Origin: Mobula hypostoma
Taxonomy: Eukaryota
DNA length: 64,000 bases
NCBI RefSeq assembly: GCF_963921235.1
Contig: NC_086108.1
Location: forward strand, 56,236,001 to 56,300,000
Reading direction: 5' to 3'
In this document: piece after piece, positions 27,087-39,802 of the stretch
Layout of the letters: each line of letters begins with the position of its first letter
Position numbering within the stretch: position 1 is the stretch's first letter
Position numbers and translations under genes: made by a program
Notes under the pieces: generated by a model
The model's database searches: none
The model's input: the letters and a program-made list of their open reading frames with translations, nothing else
What the model was told of the DNA's origin: nothing

Positions 27087-27172
27087 TCCCACCCAGCATT
27101 CCCTGCTCTCGTACCAGAAATGACTACTACTATAACAAACTTCTAAAGTTGTTCACTGAAACAGATTAATTG

Positions 27173-27770
27173 GACCGTGCAAATCCTGATTTGATGGAGA
27201 CAGACGTGAGAACACAGCAGAACATCTGGAAAACTTCTGAAATGTCTGCTGTGCTACAGCTGCTACTTTGTGGTAACCTGAATCCCTGGAGCTGAAGGCC
27301 TCGAAATCCTCGGCTGTGCGTGTTTCAGCGGCCGGGGAGAAGTCGAAGGCGCTCGGCAGAAGATGGTGCTCGGGAGGCTGTATTGGAGAGGCTGCTCGGA
27401 AGCTCAGAGTTTTCGGACGGATGGACTCAGGGTCGGCTGCTTTCGATGCATCGGCAGTTGTCGGTGCCTGGAGGTTTATGGCAGGGAGTTTCTCCCTTTT
27501 GCCGCCGCTATCGGGGACTCAGGAGTCGATCGACTCGGGACTTTGAGACTTTTTTTTACTGTGCCTATGGTCTGTTCTTTATCAAATTATCGTATTGCTT
27601 TGCACTGCTGTAACTATATGTTATAATTATGCGGTTTTGTCAGTGTTGGCCTTTGGTCTGGCTTGGTTTCTGTGATATCACTCCAGAGAAACATTGTGTC
27701 ATTTCGTAATGCATGTATGCATTTCTAAATGACAATAAAAGGGGGCTGAGTGTTCTCATAATCTAATCTG
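27173..27770 (+). mobile_element. Non-autonomous retroposon, 5'-truncated copy of the 30294-30984 element
   Basis: High similarity by eye to 30372-30984. The tail atgacaataaa..aatctaatct resembles the Rex1-like tail at 24420-24465. Confidence 0.85.
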
Positions 27771-29364
27771 ATTAATTCAGTGTGCATCCCAAGGGCTGTA
27801 GAGTGCCTAGACAGAAGATGAGATGTTATTTCATGAATTTAAAATTGGAGTAGTGTAAGAAGGTGAAAAAAGGAAAGGTTAATTTTGGAGTTGGATATTG
27901 AGAATTTATCACCCCATGTCTTATATTGATTTTTTTTCACATCTATGTTATTTTGGTTGGGGTTTGTGGGGTGGGGTTGAGCAAGACATTTGATTCCAGA
28001 GTTAGTTTCCTCTCATTTGTACTACAGATAAAAGCAGTAAGATTGCAAAGCATGTCAAGCACCAAGACAAAATGCCATGGAGTGATTAAAATTAAGTGAC
28101 TATTCTTCTCTTTTGTAGTACTTTAAGTTGTCAGCCTTTATTCACATTGTTTGCAAGCATTCAGAGGGAAGCCTGCTGTTACTTTAAAGTATGAAAGAGA
28201 GTAGTTTGTACAACTTGATTATTAATGTCGCTTTCGAAAGATTTGGCTTTGCAGCTGTTCAGTTGCCAGCAAAACCCTCTGTATTAATACTTAAGGAAAT
28301 AGTGAGAAAAAATGGCATATGGAAACAGATTACATTTTTAAAGTATTTAATGAAAGCCACAGAACATTTATCGTTTTGATAAACTATTATCAGTCCCGGT
28401 TGATGTGAAGTTAACACAATTTTATTATGGTGTACCTTTCCAAATAGTAAAGGCATTTTAACAGTTGAGTTTGATATATTTATAAACTGAAATGCTATTT
28501 TATTTACAGCAGTGATTCAGATAACATCAATGCAAGTAATCCATTTATATTTTTACCAATACACAATATCTTAATAAATCTTGGGGACGTCTCACTAGTT
28601 ATTCATAATGTATCTCCTAAGGTTTCTCATACTTGTGTTTAAAAGTCACTTCTTTAAATTATTTAAATTTGAGGTCAGGGTAATATTGCCAATTTGAAAG
28701 GTGCTTTGTATTGAAGTACTGCTAATGCTAGATGATTGTTTGCACATATAGCTTTTTATGGTTCTCTCAAGCACTAAGCAATCATCTATTTTCAATCAGT
28801 CTCCCTCTCTGTCACTAAGAAAATAATGGTGAAGGATATTTCTTTAACATTTTTAATATTGGTTATGAACCTCTGCTGATTTGTTTTCCAGCATAATTAT
28901 CATATGTTTAAAAATCTGACCTCAAACTTACCCGGCACAAATTTGTTCTTCTTGTGTTTCCTGATACCAGTCTTGCTAATTTCTCTCTATTATTCAGAAA
29001 TTATTCACAGGATGATGGATTTTTACGTATGTTCTTTTGCTTGGTATTTCCCAGAGAAAAAAACAAATTGATATCTGCAAATGAAGTTTTATTCAATCTT
29101 GTTTTCTTTCTCTGCAGACAGATTAAAGCAATTTGAGATGCATTGTCTCCACAATCTGTTTTGACATTCTTGTAATTCCATCCTTTCAGACTTTAGCAAT
29201 GTTTGTGATGGGAGCAGCTTTCATAGATGAGTCGCATGATCTGCACCTTTAGTGCAGAGCAAATAAGTCTGTATGAAATGGTATCAACAGTTACCTTTGA
29301 GATGGAGTTGCAACATCTTTAGGTTCAAATTAGACCACCACTAAAATTTATTGCTAGTAGAAAA

Positions 29365-29810
29365 TTCAAGATTCAAGATTTGTTTAACCTCATTTCCAAT
29401 ACACAAGTGTAAAGGAGAGCGAAATAATTGTTACTCTGGATCCGATGCAGTATATAAAAAAAACACATGTCTTACTAAATAAAGAACACAATCATTAAAA
29501 GAAAAACACAATAAATATAAATACGTAAGGTAGCTTAGATACATTGATTTTATGTACAGAAAGATGCTAGGTACAGGAGTGTCTGTACATAATGTGACTC
29601 TGACAGGAAGTGATAAATTAGTAGTGGGTTGTTATAGTGGGGTGGATTAGTGGATGGAGGTGTTGATCAGCCTTACTGTTTGAGGAAAGTAACTGTTTTT
29701 GAGTCTGGTGATCCTAACATGGGTGCTTCATAGCCTCCTCCCTGCTGGGAGTGTGACAGTCCTTGAGCAGGGTGGGTGGGATCATTCATGATGTTGTTGG
29801 CCTTTTTCTG
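29365..29810 (-). mobile_element. Rex1/Babar-like 3' fragment
   Basis: (TTCAAGA)n tail; collinear with 23485-23690 plus 24470-24720. Confidence 0.75.
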
Positions 29811-29899
29811 GTACATATATCTGTGATGCAGGTAGTATGTCTGTGCATTTGGAAAGTAACAAATTCTATTGTGGCAGAATAATATTCTAACTTTTTACG

Positions 29900-31540
29900 G
29901 GGTGGGGAGTTCCAGTTACTAGTGGTGTTCTGCTGGGGTCGATGTTGGGACTGCTTCTTTTTACACCTGTATGTCAGTGATTTGGATGACAGAATTGACG
30001 GCTTTGTGGCCAAGTTTGCAGATGATACGAAGGTAGATGGAAGGGCAGGTAGCGTTGAGGAAACAGGGAGGCTGCAGAAGGACTTAAATGGATTAGGAGA
30101 ATGGGCAAAGAAATGGCAGGTGGAATACAGTGTCAGGAGTTATATGGTCATGCACATTGGTAGAAGAAATAAAAGTGTAGACTATTTTCTAAATGGGGAG
30201 AAAATTCAAAAAGCTGAGATGAAAAGGGACTTGGGAGCCCTCGTGCAGGATTCCCTAAAGGTTAACTTGCAGGTTGAGTCGGTGGTGAAGAAGGAGGGAG
30301 GAGAAGATGGCGGTGCGATGGTAACGCGCGTGGCCACTTCGGTGGTGATGTCTGTTATCTGTCAAGTAGAGGACCGTGCACAATTCTGATTTGATGGAGA
30401 CAGACGTGAGAGCACGGAGGAACATCTGGAAAAGTTCTGAAATGCCCGCTTTGCTGCCGCTGCTACTGTGTGGTAACTGGACTCTCCGGAGCTGAAGGCC
30501 CCGAAATCCTCGGCTTTGCATGTTTCAGCGGCCGGGCAGAGGTCGAAGGTGCTCGGCAGAGGATGACACTCGGGTGGCTGTATCGGAGAGGCTGGTAGGA
30601 AGCTCGAAGTTTTCGGACGGATGGACTCAGTGTTGGTGTAGTCGGCTGCTTCCAAGGCATCGGCAAGTTGACGGTGCCTGGAGGTTTTTGGCGGGGAGTT
30701 TCTCCCTTTTGCCGCCTGCTATCGGGAACTCGGGAGTTGATCGACTCGGGACTTTGAGACTTTTTTTTTACTGTGCTCATGGTCTGTTCTTCATCAAATT
30801 ATGGTATTGCTTTGCACTGCTGTAACTATATGTTATACAGTAATTATGTGGTTCTGTCAGTGTTAGTCTTTGGTTTGTCCTGTTTTCTGTGATATCACTC
30901 CAGAGAAACATTGTATCATTTCTTAATGCATGTATGCATTTCTAAATGACAATAAAAAGAGGACTGAGTGTTCTCATAATCTAAACACAATGTTAGAATT
31001 TATTTTGAGCTAGAGTATAAAAGCGAGGATATAATACTGAGGCCTCACTTGGGAGTCTTGTGAGGAGTTTTGTGCTCCTCATCTGACATTGGAGACCATT
31101 CAGAGTGGGTCACAAGAATGAAAGAGTTATCATATGAGGAGTGTTTAATGGCTCTGGGCCTGTACTTGCTGGAACTTGGAAGAATGAGGGAATATCTCAT
31201 TGAAACCCATCAAATGTTGAAAGGCCTTAGAGTGGATCTTTCCTATAGTGGGGGTATCTAGGGCCAGAGGGCGTAGCCTCAGAATAGAGGGACATGCACG
31301 TGGAATGGAAATGAGAAGGAACTTCTTCAGCCAGGAGGTGGAGAACCTGTGGAATTCACTACCACAGGTGGCTGTGGAGGCCAAGTGGTGGTTGATTGGT
31401 TCTTAATTAGTCCGGGCATGAAAGGTTACAGGGAGAAGGCAGGAGAATGGGGTTGAGAGGGAAACTGGATCAGCCATTATGGCAGAGCAGACTCGATGGG
31501 CTGAATGGCGAATTCTGCTCCTTTTATTTGGTTTTATAGT
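29900..31540 (+). mobile_element. Decayed CR1 RT/3' fragment split by an insertion at 30294-30984
   Basis: ORF 29922 (KFADDTK..LQKDL..L.EWAKKWQ..VESVVKK). CR1 resumes after 30984 (acacaatgttag..) and ends in a CR1 tail near 31540. Confidence 0.88.
30294..30984 (+). mobile_element. Apparently full-length non-autonomous retroposon with 5' AAGATGGCGG and a Rex1-like 3' tail
   Basis: Cleanly interrupts a CR1 reading frame; AAGATGGCGG at 30304-30313; second copy at 27173-27770; CpG-rich; no recognisable coding motif. Confidence 0.85.
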
Positions 31541-34500
31541 CTTATGCAAGCAGTGCACTTGACAATTTGAGGATATTTAAGGGATTAGCTGTTATCCTTT
31601 TATATAATTGCATTGTTCTGTTCCTATTATATGGAAGTGTGGATGAGTGCAGGCTGCTGTCAAATACTTTGAAAAGGAGGCTGCATTTTTTTTTCTGGAT
31701 TCCTGTTAAGCCTGGAAATATATTTGGGTAGTGGCGAGAATTCATCTCGACCACTGATCCATTCTAGAATACTGTTCTAAGGTTCTAGTGGGGAGAATAT
31801 GTGGAGAAATATTTTACCTCACTAATAGCAGTTTTGGATTGACTGTATTGCCTTCAACCACCATCACTTGAAGTAGATTTTTTTTTTAATTCCCAAAATG
31901 TAGGGTCAGAAACCTTGCAGCGCTGGGTCTTATTCAGTGTCCCCCAGACACAAGAATGTCAGCCCCATTATTTGGTAAATGGGAATATGGGCAATAGCTT
32001 TCCAACTGAACCCACCTTAAACTAATAACTCTAAAGGCAATTATTTTTAATTACCCACTACCAGTTTAGTGGTTTAACTCTGGACATTGTCTTTAAAAGT
32101 AGTGATGGAGCAGAGCAGAATGGGACAAGTACTATTTTGAATGTATGGTAATTCTGAACTCTATATCTTCTAAATCTGGCCTCTTGCACAAAACCATTTA
32201 TAATTGTTTTTTCAACAGCAATGCTTCAAGCTGGTTCTTTAAGCTTCTAGATTCCCTGCACCTCCTCAAAGTTATTTTTTTTTTAAAGCTTTCTCTTCCA
32301 CAGGCTTTTGTTCAATTATATTAATATCATTTTATTTGGTTTGATGTCAAGTGAAGATTGATTACATTCCTGTAAAGTGCAATAGCACATTGGAATTGGA
32401 ATTTGCTTATAATTATCACATGTACTGAGGTAATGTGAAAAGCTTGCCTTGCATAGTGTTCATACAGATCAACTTATTCCACAGTGCACTTAGGTAGTAC
32501 AAGGTAAAACAATAACAGAATGCAGAATAAAGTGTAACGACTACAGAGAAAGCACAGTGCAGGTTGACAATAAGATGCAGATCACAACAAGGTAGATTGA
32601 GTCTATTTTATCTAACTAGAGAACTTTCAATAGTGTTATAACAGTAGGATAGAGATTCTCTTTGTTCCTGGGGATATGTGCTTTCAGACCTATGTATCTT
32701 TTATAAGACATGAGACATAGGATCAGAATTAGGCTATCTGGCTCATCGAGTGTGCTCCACCATTCAATCATGGCTGATTCTTCTTTTCTACCTCCTCCTC
32801 AACCCCAATTCCCGGCCTCTGCCATGACCAATCAAGAACCTATCAATCTCTGCCTTAAATACACCCAACGACCTAGCCTCCATGGCTGCATGTGACAACA
32901 ACTTCTACAAATTCACCACACTTTGGCTGAAGAAATTTCTCCGCATCTGTTTTGAAAGTGCAACCCTCTATCCTGAGGCTGTGACCTCTTGTTTTAGACT
33001 CTCCCATCATGGGGAACATCCTTTCCACATCTAGGACTTTGGACATTCGAAAGGTTTCAATGAGATCCCCCTTCATCCTTCAGAATTCCAGCAAGTACAG
33101 ACCCAGAGCCATCAAACGTTCCTCGTTTTTCATTCCTGTAATCATCCTTGTGAACCTCCTCTGGTCCCTCTGCAATGCCAGCACATCTTTTCTAAGATGA
33201 GAGGCCCAAAACTGTTCATAATACTCAAGGTGAGGCCTCACTAGTGCCTTATAAAGCCTCAGCATCACATCCCTGCTCTTGTATTCTAGACCTCTTGAAA
33301 TGAATGCTAACATGGCATTTGCCTTCCTCACCAGCAACTCTACCTGCAGGTTAACCTTCAGGATGTTCTGCACAAGGACTCCCAAGTCCCTTTGCATCTC
33401 ATATTTTTGGATTTTCTCCCTGTTTAGAAAATAGCCCACACATTTATTTCTACTATCAAAGTGCATGACCATGCATTTTCCAACATTGTATTTTATTTGC
33501 CACTTTCTTGCCCATTCTCCTAATCTGTCTAAGTCCTTCTGCATCCTACCTGTTTCCTCAACACTACCTGTCCCCTCACCAATCTTTGTATCATCTGCAA
33601 ACTTAGCAACAAAGCAATCTATTCCATCAGCTAAATCATTTATATACAGCTTAAAAAGAAGTGCTCCCAACACTGACCCCTGCGGGGCACCACTAGTCAC
33701 TGGCAGCCAACCAGAAAAGGATCCTTTTATTCCCACTCACAGTCTCCGACCAATCAGCCAAGGCTCTAACTATATTAGTAAATTTCCTGTAATATGATGG
33801 GCACTTAACTTGGTAAGCAGTCTCATATATGGCACCTCGTCAAAAGCCTTCTGAAAGTCCAAATATACAACATCCACTGCACCTCCTTTATCTATCCTAC
33901 TTGTTATCTCCTCAAAGGATTCCAACAGGTTCATCAGGCAGGATTTTCCCTGAAGGAAACCATGTTGACTTTGTACTATCTTGTCCTGTGTCACCAAGTA
34001 CTCCATCACCTCATCCTTAACAATTGACTCTAACATCTTTAGAACCACTGAGGTCAGGCTAACTGGTCTATAATTTCCTTTCTCCTGCTTTCTTCCTTTC
34101 CTGAAGAGTGAATTTTCCAGTCCTCTAGCACCATGCCAGAGTCCAATGATTTTTGAAAGATCATTTCTAATGCCACCACAATCTCTAATGCTACCTCTTT
34201 CAGAACCCTATGGTGCTGTTTGTCTGGTCCAGGTGACTTATGTATATTTAGGTCTTTCAGCTTTTTGAGCACTTTCTCTCTTTCAATAGTAATTGCACAT
34301 ACTTGTCTTCCTTCACACACTACAACATCAGACATACTGCTAGTGTTTACCACAGTGAAGACTGACACAAAATACTCATTTAGTTCATCAGCCATCTCCT
34401 TGTCCCCTGTTAGAATTTCTCCTGCCTCATTTTCTAGCAGTCCTATATCTACACTCATTTCTCTTTTATGTTTAGCATACTTGGGAAAAAAACTATTACT

Positions 34501-34831
34501 ATCCATTTTGATATTATTTGCTAGCTTACTTTCATATTTCATCTTTTCCCTAATGATTTTTTTAGTTGCCGTCTGTAGGTTTTTAAAAACTTCCCAATCC
34601 TCCATCTTCCCACTATTTTTTGCTTTTAGAACAGCTTTGACTTCCCTTGTCAGCCATGGTTGTACTATTTTACCATTGAATATTTCTTCATTTTTGGAAT
34701 ACACATGTCCTGCACCTTCCTCACTTTTCCCAGAAACGCATGCCATTGCTGCTCTGCTGACATCCCTGCCAGCAACTCCTTCCAATTTACTTTGGCCAAC
34801 TCCTCTCTCATACCATTGTAATCTCCCTTCT

Positions 34832-35817
34832 ATAAGCACCCGTTAGTCTTGTGAGACCATGGATTTGCACCTTGGAAGGTTTCCAGGGCGCAGGCCTGGG
34901 CAAGGTCGTATGGAAGACCAGTAGTTGCCCATGCTGTAACTCTCCCCTCTCCACACCACCGATGTTGTCCAAGGGAAGGGCACTAAGGCCGATACAGCTT
35001 GGCACTGGTGTCGTCACCAACGAGACCTGGGTGTCATTATACACTAGTCATTGAAAGTAGGCATGCAGGTACAGCAGGTGGTGAAAAAGCAGGGAGGTAC
35101 TACTGCAGTTGTACAAGGCCTTGGTGAGACCACACCTGGAGTATTGTGTGCAGTTTTGGTCCCCTAATCTGAGGAAAGACATCCTTGCCATAGAGGGAGT
35201 ACAAAGAAGGTTCACCAGATTGATTCCTGGGATGGCAGGACTTTCATATGATGAAAGACTGGATCGACTAGGCTTATACTCGTTGGAATTTAGAAGATTG
35301 AGGGAGGATCTTATTGAAACATATAAAATCCTAAAGGGATTGGACAGGCTAGATGCAGGAAGATTGTTCCTGATGTTGGGGAAGTCCAGAATGAGGGGTC
35401 ACAGTTTGAGGATAAAGGGGGAGCCTTTTAGGACCGAGATTAGGAAAAACTTCTTCACACAGAGAGTGGTGAATCTGTGGAATTCTCTGCCACAGGAAAC
35501 AGTTGAGGCCAGTTCATTGGCTATATTTAAGAGGGAGTTAGATATGGCCCTTGTGGCTAAAGGGATCAGGGGGTATGGAGGGAAGGCTGGGGCGGGGTTC
35601 TGAGTTGGATGATCAGCCATGATCATACTGAATGGCGGTGCAGGCTCGAAGGGCCGAATGGCCTACTCCTGCACCTATTTTCTATGTTTCTATGTCACAG
35701 AGCAATGTGTGGTTAAGTGCCTTACTCAAGGACACAACCCGCTGCCTCAGCTGAGGCTCAAACTAGCGACCTTCAAATCACTAGACTGCTGCCTTAACCA
35801 CTTGGCCACACGCCAAC
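34832..35817 (-). mobile_element. tRNA-derived SINE with a possible RTE-like tail, itself split by a CR1
   Basis: Minus-strand head gttggcgtgTGGCCAAGTGGttaag..gtttgagcc followed by gttgtgtccttgagtaaggcacttaaccacacattgctc, shared with the 59585 SINE. Confidence 0.75.
35018..35693 (+). mobile_element. Young CR1 3' fragment with 5-bp TSD GTCAC
   Basis: ORF 35109..35603; (TTTCTATG)n tail; GTCAC at 35013-35017 and 35694-35698. Confidence 0.93.
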
Positions 35818-36379
35818 ACTTACTCCACTGAAATACTGCTTTTCAGACGTTACTTTCTCCCTATCAAATTTCAAGTCAAACTCAATCATATTGTGATCAC
35901 TAGTTCCTAAGGGTTCTTTTACCTTAAGCTCCCTAATCGCCTCCAGTTCATTACATAACACCCAATCCAGTATAGCTGATCCCCTAGTAGGCTCAACGAC
36001 AAACTGTTCTAAAAAGCCATCTCTTAGGCTTTCAACAAATTCACTCTCTTGAGATCCATTATCTAACCTGATTTTCTGATTGACTTGCATGTTAAAATCT
36101 CCCATGACTACCATAACATTGCCCTTTTGACTCACCTTTTCTATTTCCTGTTGTAACCTGTGGTCCACCTCCCAGTCATTGTTGGGAGGTCTGTATATAA
36201 CTGCCTTCAATGTCCTTTATCCTTGCAATGTGTTAACTCAACCCACAAGGATTGTGGATTGCACCTAGTTGTGATCCTTAAATATTCAATTTGTATTTGA
36301 ACATGATATTTCATAAAAATTAAGTTAACCTTTGTTGAAATGTACATTTCTTTCCTATGTCTTGTCCTTGTTCATGCAG

Positions 36380-36471
36380 CTACATGAGTACTGTGTCCTA
36401 TATGGATGATCCAGGCCATTTTGATGACATTCCACGGCCTGCACAACAGATGGAAAACACATACCAGTTGG
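36380..36471 (+). CDS. DYNLT5: DYNLT5 coding exon 2 ([32 protein letters not shown])
   Basis: Acceptor cttgttcatgcAG|36380; donor G|GTGAGT at 36472; 92 nt with consistent phases. MSTVSYM and QMENTYQL match TCTEX1D1. Confidence 0.95.
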
Positions 36472-36757
36472 GTGAGTTTAAGTTTCTTATCAATTAATCT
36501 TACAGAAACTAGATGTTGCGATCTGCTTTGTGTTAACTAGAATTTCACACTTTCAGCTGGATTCCCAATAGATTGCATAATCTGCCTAGCCAAGGGTTGT
36601 TTAAAAAATGGCGATTTTCGGGGATTGGCAAAGTAAATGTATATTTTTTGATAGTTACACATTCTGCAAACTGAATGAAGACATTGCAGGCAACTGTACA
36701 GGAATGCTACAAAGGTATTTCAGAGTTTGAGTCCCTAAGGAGATTGGTGATCATATA

Positions 36758-37363
36758 CAGGTAGTCCCTAGGTTACAACAGGGGTCCATACCCAAGAACT
36801 TTTCATATCCCTAACTGCAATTGGAAACAAACAAAAGCCGTGTGTAGGGTAGGGTCACGGAAATAGCTTCTCCACAACCTGGATCAATACGTTGATGTCG
36901 TGTGGAGACTTGTATGCTTTAGGGACTCCATCAGGCAATGCCAAATCAGGGCCACAGTGGTGGATGAGATGCCAGACAAAGATCAATCCAACCCCAGCTC
37001 CCGAACGAACAGACTAGCCTCTGCCCCTCTCAGGCCACACTTCTTCAGGAGTGTGAATGCCATATGGAAGAACAACAACAACAGCAGAAATAGCTCTGAT
37101 AGGAAAATGAGCAGCACTGACTCAGCGAGCAAGTCAGCTCAGTGCTCCTCTGCTCATCTCAGCTTGACACAGCCCCTGACTGCTGTGACTCAGGGAGTCA
37201 GGGGGATAGGAGGGAAGCGCAGAGGGTAGAGGAGAGAGAAGGCAGATGGAAATGTCCTATTCCTGTCCTGCAGAAGATATCTACAGCTCTGCTGCTTTCT
37301 CAAGCACTCACTTGTATATACGAGGCGTCCATAAGTCAGGTGCTTGTACTTGGTGAGGACCTG
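36758..37363. mobile_element. Tigger/pogo-like non-autonomous DNA transposon
   Basis: TA|CAGGTAGTCCCTAGGTTACAA ... TTGTACTTGGTGAGGACCTG|TA: degenerate TIRs with TA flanks. Confidence 0.55.
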
Positions 37364-37564
37364 TAGAGTCACAAAAATTCTTAGCACAAGGAAATGTCCC
37401 TCTGTTGTTCAGAAGGTCCACCACACTTCAACATTGCACATCAATCAAAAATAAGAAATTTCCAATTTGTGCAGCAATTTGAATCTGAGGTTCCTCTGAT
37501 TGTCTTGGGTAAGAAATCTAATACTGCGTTTGACACTCATTTTGTAATGGGTAAGTTAGGAACA

Positions 37565-38852
37565 GATTCAAAGTTCAAAAGGTCAAGGTGCATTTATTAT
37601 CAAGCTATATATAAATTATACCATTTGAGATTCATCTCCTTTCAGGCAACCACAAAACAAGAAACCCAAAAGAACCCTTTTGAAAAAAAGACTAACAAAC
37701 ACCCAATACCAGACAGTGATGCAGCAGAGGATTGTAAATTTAATCAGCTCCATCTTGGGTACTAGCCTACAAAGTACCCAGGACATCTTCAAGGAGCGGT
37801 GTCTCAGAAAGGCAGCATCCATTATTTAGGACCTCCAGCACACAGCACCCTTTCCTCACTGTTACCATCAGGTAGGAGATACAGAAGCCTGAAGGCACAC
37901 ACTCAGTGATTCAGGAACAGCTTCTTCCCCTCTGCCATCCATTTCGTAAATGGTCATTGAACCCGTGAACACTACCTCACTTTTTTAATATACAATTATT
38001 TCTGTTTTTTGCACAATTTTAATCTATTCAATATATGTATACTGTAAATTGATTTACTTTTTTTTCCTTCTATATTATGTATTGCATTGAACTGCTGCTG
38101 CTAAGTTAACAAATTTCATGACATGATCCGGTGATAATAAACCTGATTCTGATATGCAGAGAGAGGAAAAAAACACAAATCATGCAAACAAAAAAAAAAG
38201 CAAACAACAGCATTCAGAACTCAAATCCACAGACTCAAAACCTGGAGCAGCTTGAGTAGGCCCATAGCCTCAGCCTCAGTTCATCATACAGCAGGGCAAG
38301 TCATCTCAAAGCCACAACTTCAGCCTCAGTGCAACGAGGAGAGGAGTAAATGTCGCAGAGCAGTGAGCAGAATTGGCTCAACCTTGTCTCTGGTCCCAAC
38401 ATCCTGCCTCTTCAATCCATTTAGCCTGGCATTTAAATTGTCCAAGTACTGGGTTGTCCCTTACTCTTGGACCTGACCCCTTAAGGCTTGGAACCTACCA
38501 CCACATTCTGGCCAGTACTGACCTTTCCAAATCAGCCTGGTTTTTAGATTGATCAAACCTTGCTCTCCTTTTGGTGGACTGGCTCCGAAACTCCTCCGCT
38601 CCAACTTTTCTCTACTTCGCATGCCCCAACTCAGTCTGATGAAGGGTCTTGGCCCAAAACATCGACTGTACTCTTTTCCATAGATGTTGCCTGGCCTGCT
38701 GAGTTCCTCCAGCATTTTGTGTGTGTTGCCTTGGATCTCAGCATCTGCAAATTTTCTATTGTTTATCAAGGAAGTATTGAGTTGTACTTTTTGCTTTATG
38801 AACTGCCAGTAAACTGTCACCCATCTTCAGTAGCGCCATCTTAAATTGGAAG
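37565..38852 (-). mobile_element. Non-autonomous retroposon (5' cttccaatttAAGATGGCG) hosting nested Rex1-like (37716-38152, +) and Penelope-like (~38600-38765, +) inserts
   Basis: CGCCATCTT at 38834-38842; body similar to 6400-7045. Inner 37716-38152 closely matches 9775-10225; inner ~38630-38765 matches 40270-40410. Confidence 0.7.
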
Positions 38853-39294
38853 GTTGAAAATGAAATTCTTACTCCAATATTGAGTGCTTTCAGGTTTTCC
38901 TACAAAATTCTACTCATTTCAGGAAACTATCAAGAAGTCAATTACATATATAGTACATGTCACTTGAGTTCTAGTCCACCTCTTTGTCACCACATGCTTC
39001 TCTGAATTGGTCCAAATGATAAAACGTGGAACTCCAATCTCTTGCATTCAGTATTACAAAGAGTAACAGAAAATGAAATATGGATATGACTTATTCCCCA
39101 ATTTTCACACTTCCATGGAACATCAAATGTCAATTTACTGGTGTTATAATTTATATTTTAAATTAGTTTATTTTTAAATGAGGTCTTCTTTTCCCCAGAA
39201 ACATCTTCCTTTCTATTCTTTCAAATCAGAAATGTATGCTAAAGTTAATTACTACTCTATTTCACTCCTCGTAAAGTGATTTTACTTTTTCCAG

Positions 39295-39419
39295 AACCTT
39301 CAAAACATTTTCCAGACCTCACTGTGAACAATATTCTCAAAGATGTCCTAACAAGCTACTTGCAAGAGGAAAAATATGAACCTGAACTCTGCAGACAAAT
39401 GACCAAGACTATCTCTGAG
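39295..39419 (+). CDS. DYNLT5: DYNLT5 coding exon 3 ([42 protein letters not shown])
   Basis: Acceptor tttactttttccAG|39295; donor GAG|GTAAGG at 39420; 125 nt. [15 protein letters not shown] matches TCTEX1D1. Confidence 0.96.
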
Positions 39420-39802
39420 GTAAGGGGAATGTAATACTTCGCTTCTTCGTCAAACTTTACATAGCCCCTTTACAATTCCAACCCATCCTTCCCACTCAAC
39501 TTCCCAACCTCTTAAAGTACAAGTAGCAAGTAGCTTCTTGAAGCATGACATTCGATCAAAAGGAGTATTGCACTGCTTGCATTAGAATTCTTCTATAATG
39601 CTAGGGTACTTTCCAGATAACTGTCTAGAGCTCCTCTTAATCAATTTTGCCTGAATATTAGTGACTTTGAAAAAGACACTGATGCAATTGACAAATTTGA
39701 ATACTCATAAATGGAGGAAAAAGTTAAGGAACATTTAGCCATGATGGGAGTAATGCAAAATGCAGAGACTTGGGCAATTAAAGTAAGATAAGAAAACTTT
39801 AT

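Larger units (their letters stand above)
32708..36250 (-). mobile_element. Long decayed CR1 LINE (endonuclease to 3' tail), interrupted at ~34832-35817
   Basis: ORFs 35794..36210 (IYRPP, GDFN, PTR..AILD, SDHN), 34054..34839, 33770..34048, 33080..33736 (GAPQGSVLG, FADD) and 32873..33076. Confidence 0.95.

Noticed and set aside
38632..38667. Functional hammerhead
   Set aside because: The core GAAA is mutated to AAAA and CGTC to CATC; counted only as a decayed copy.
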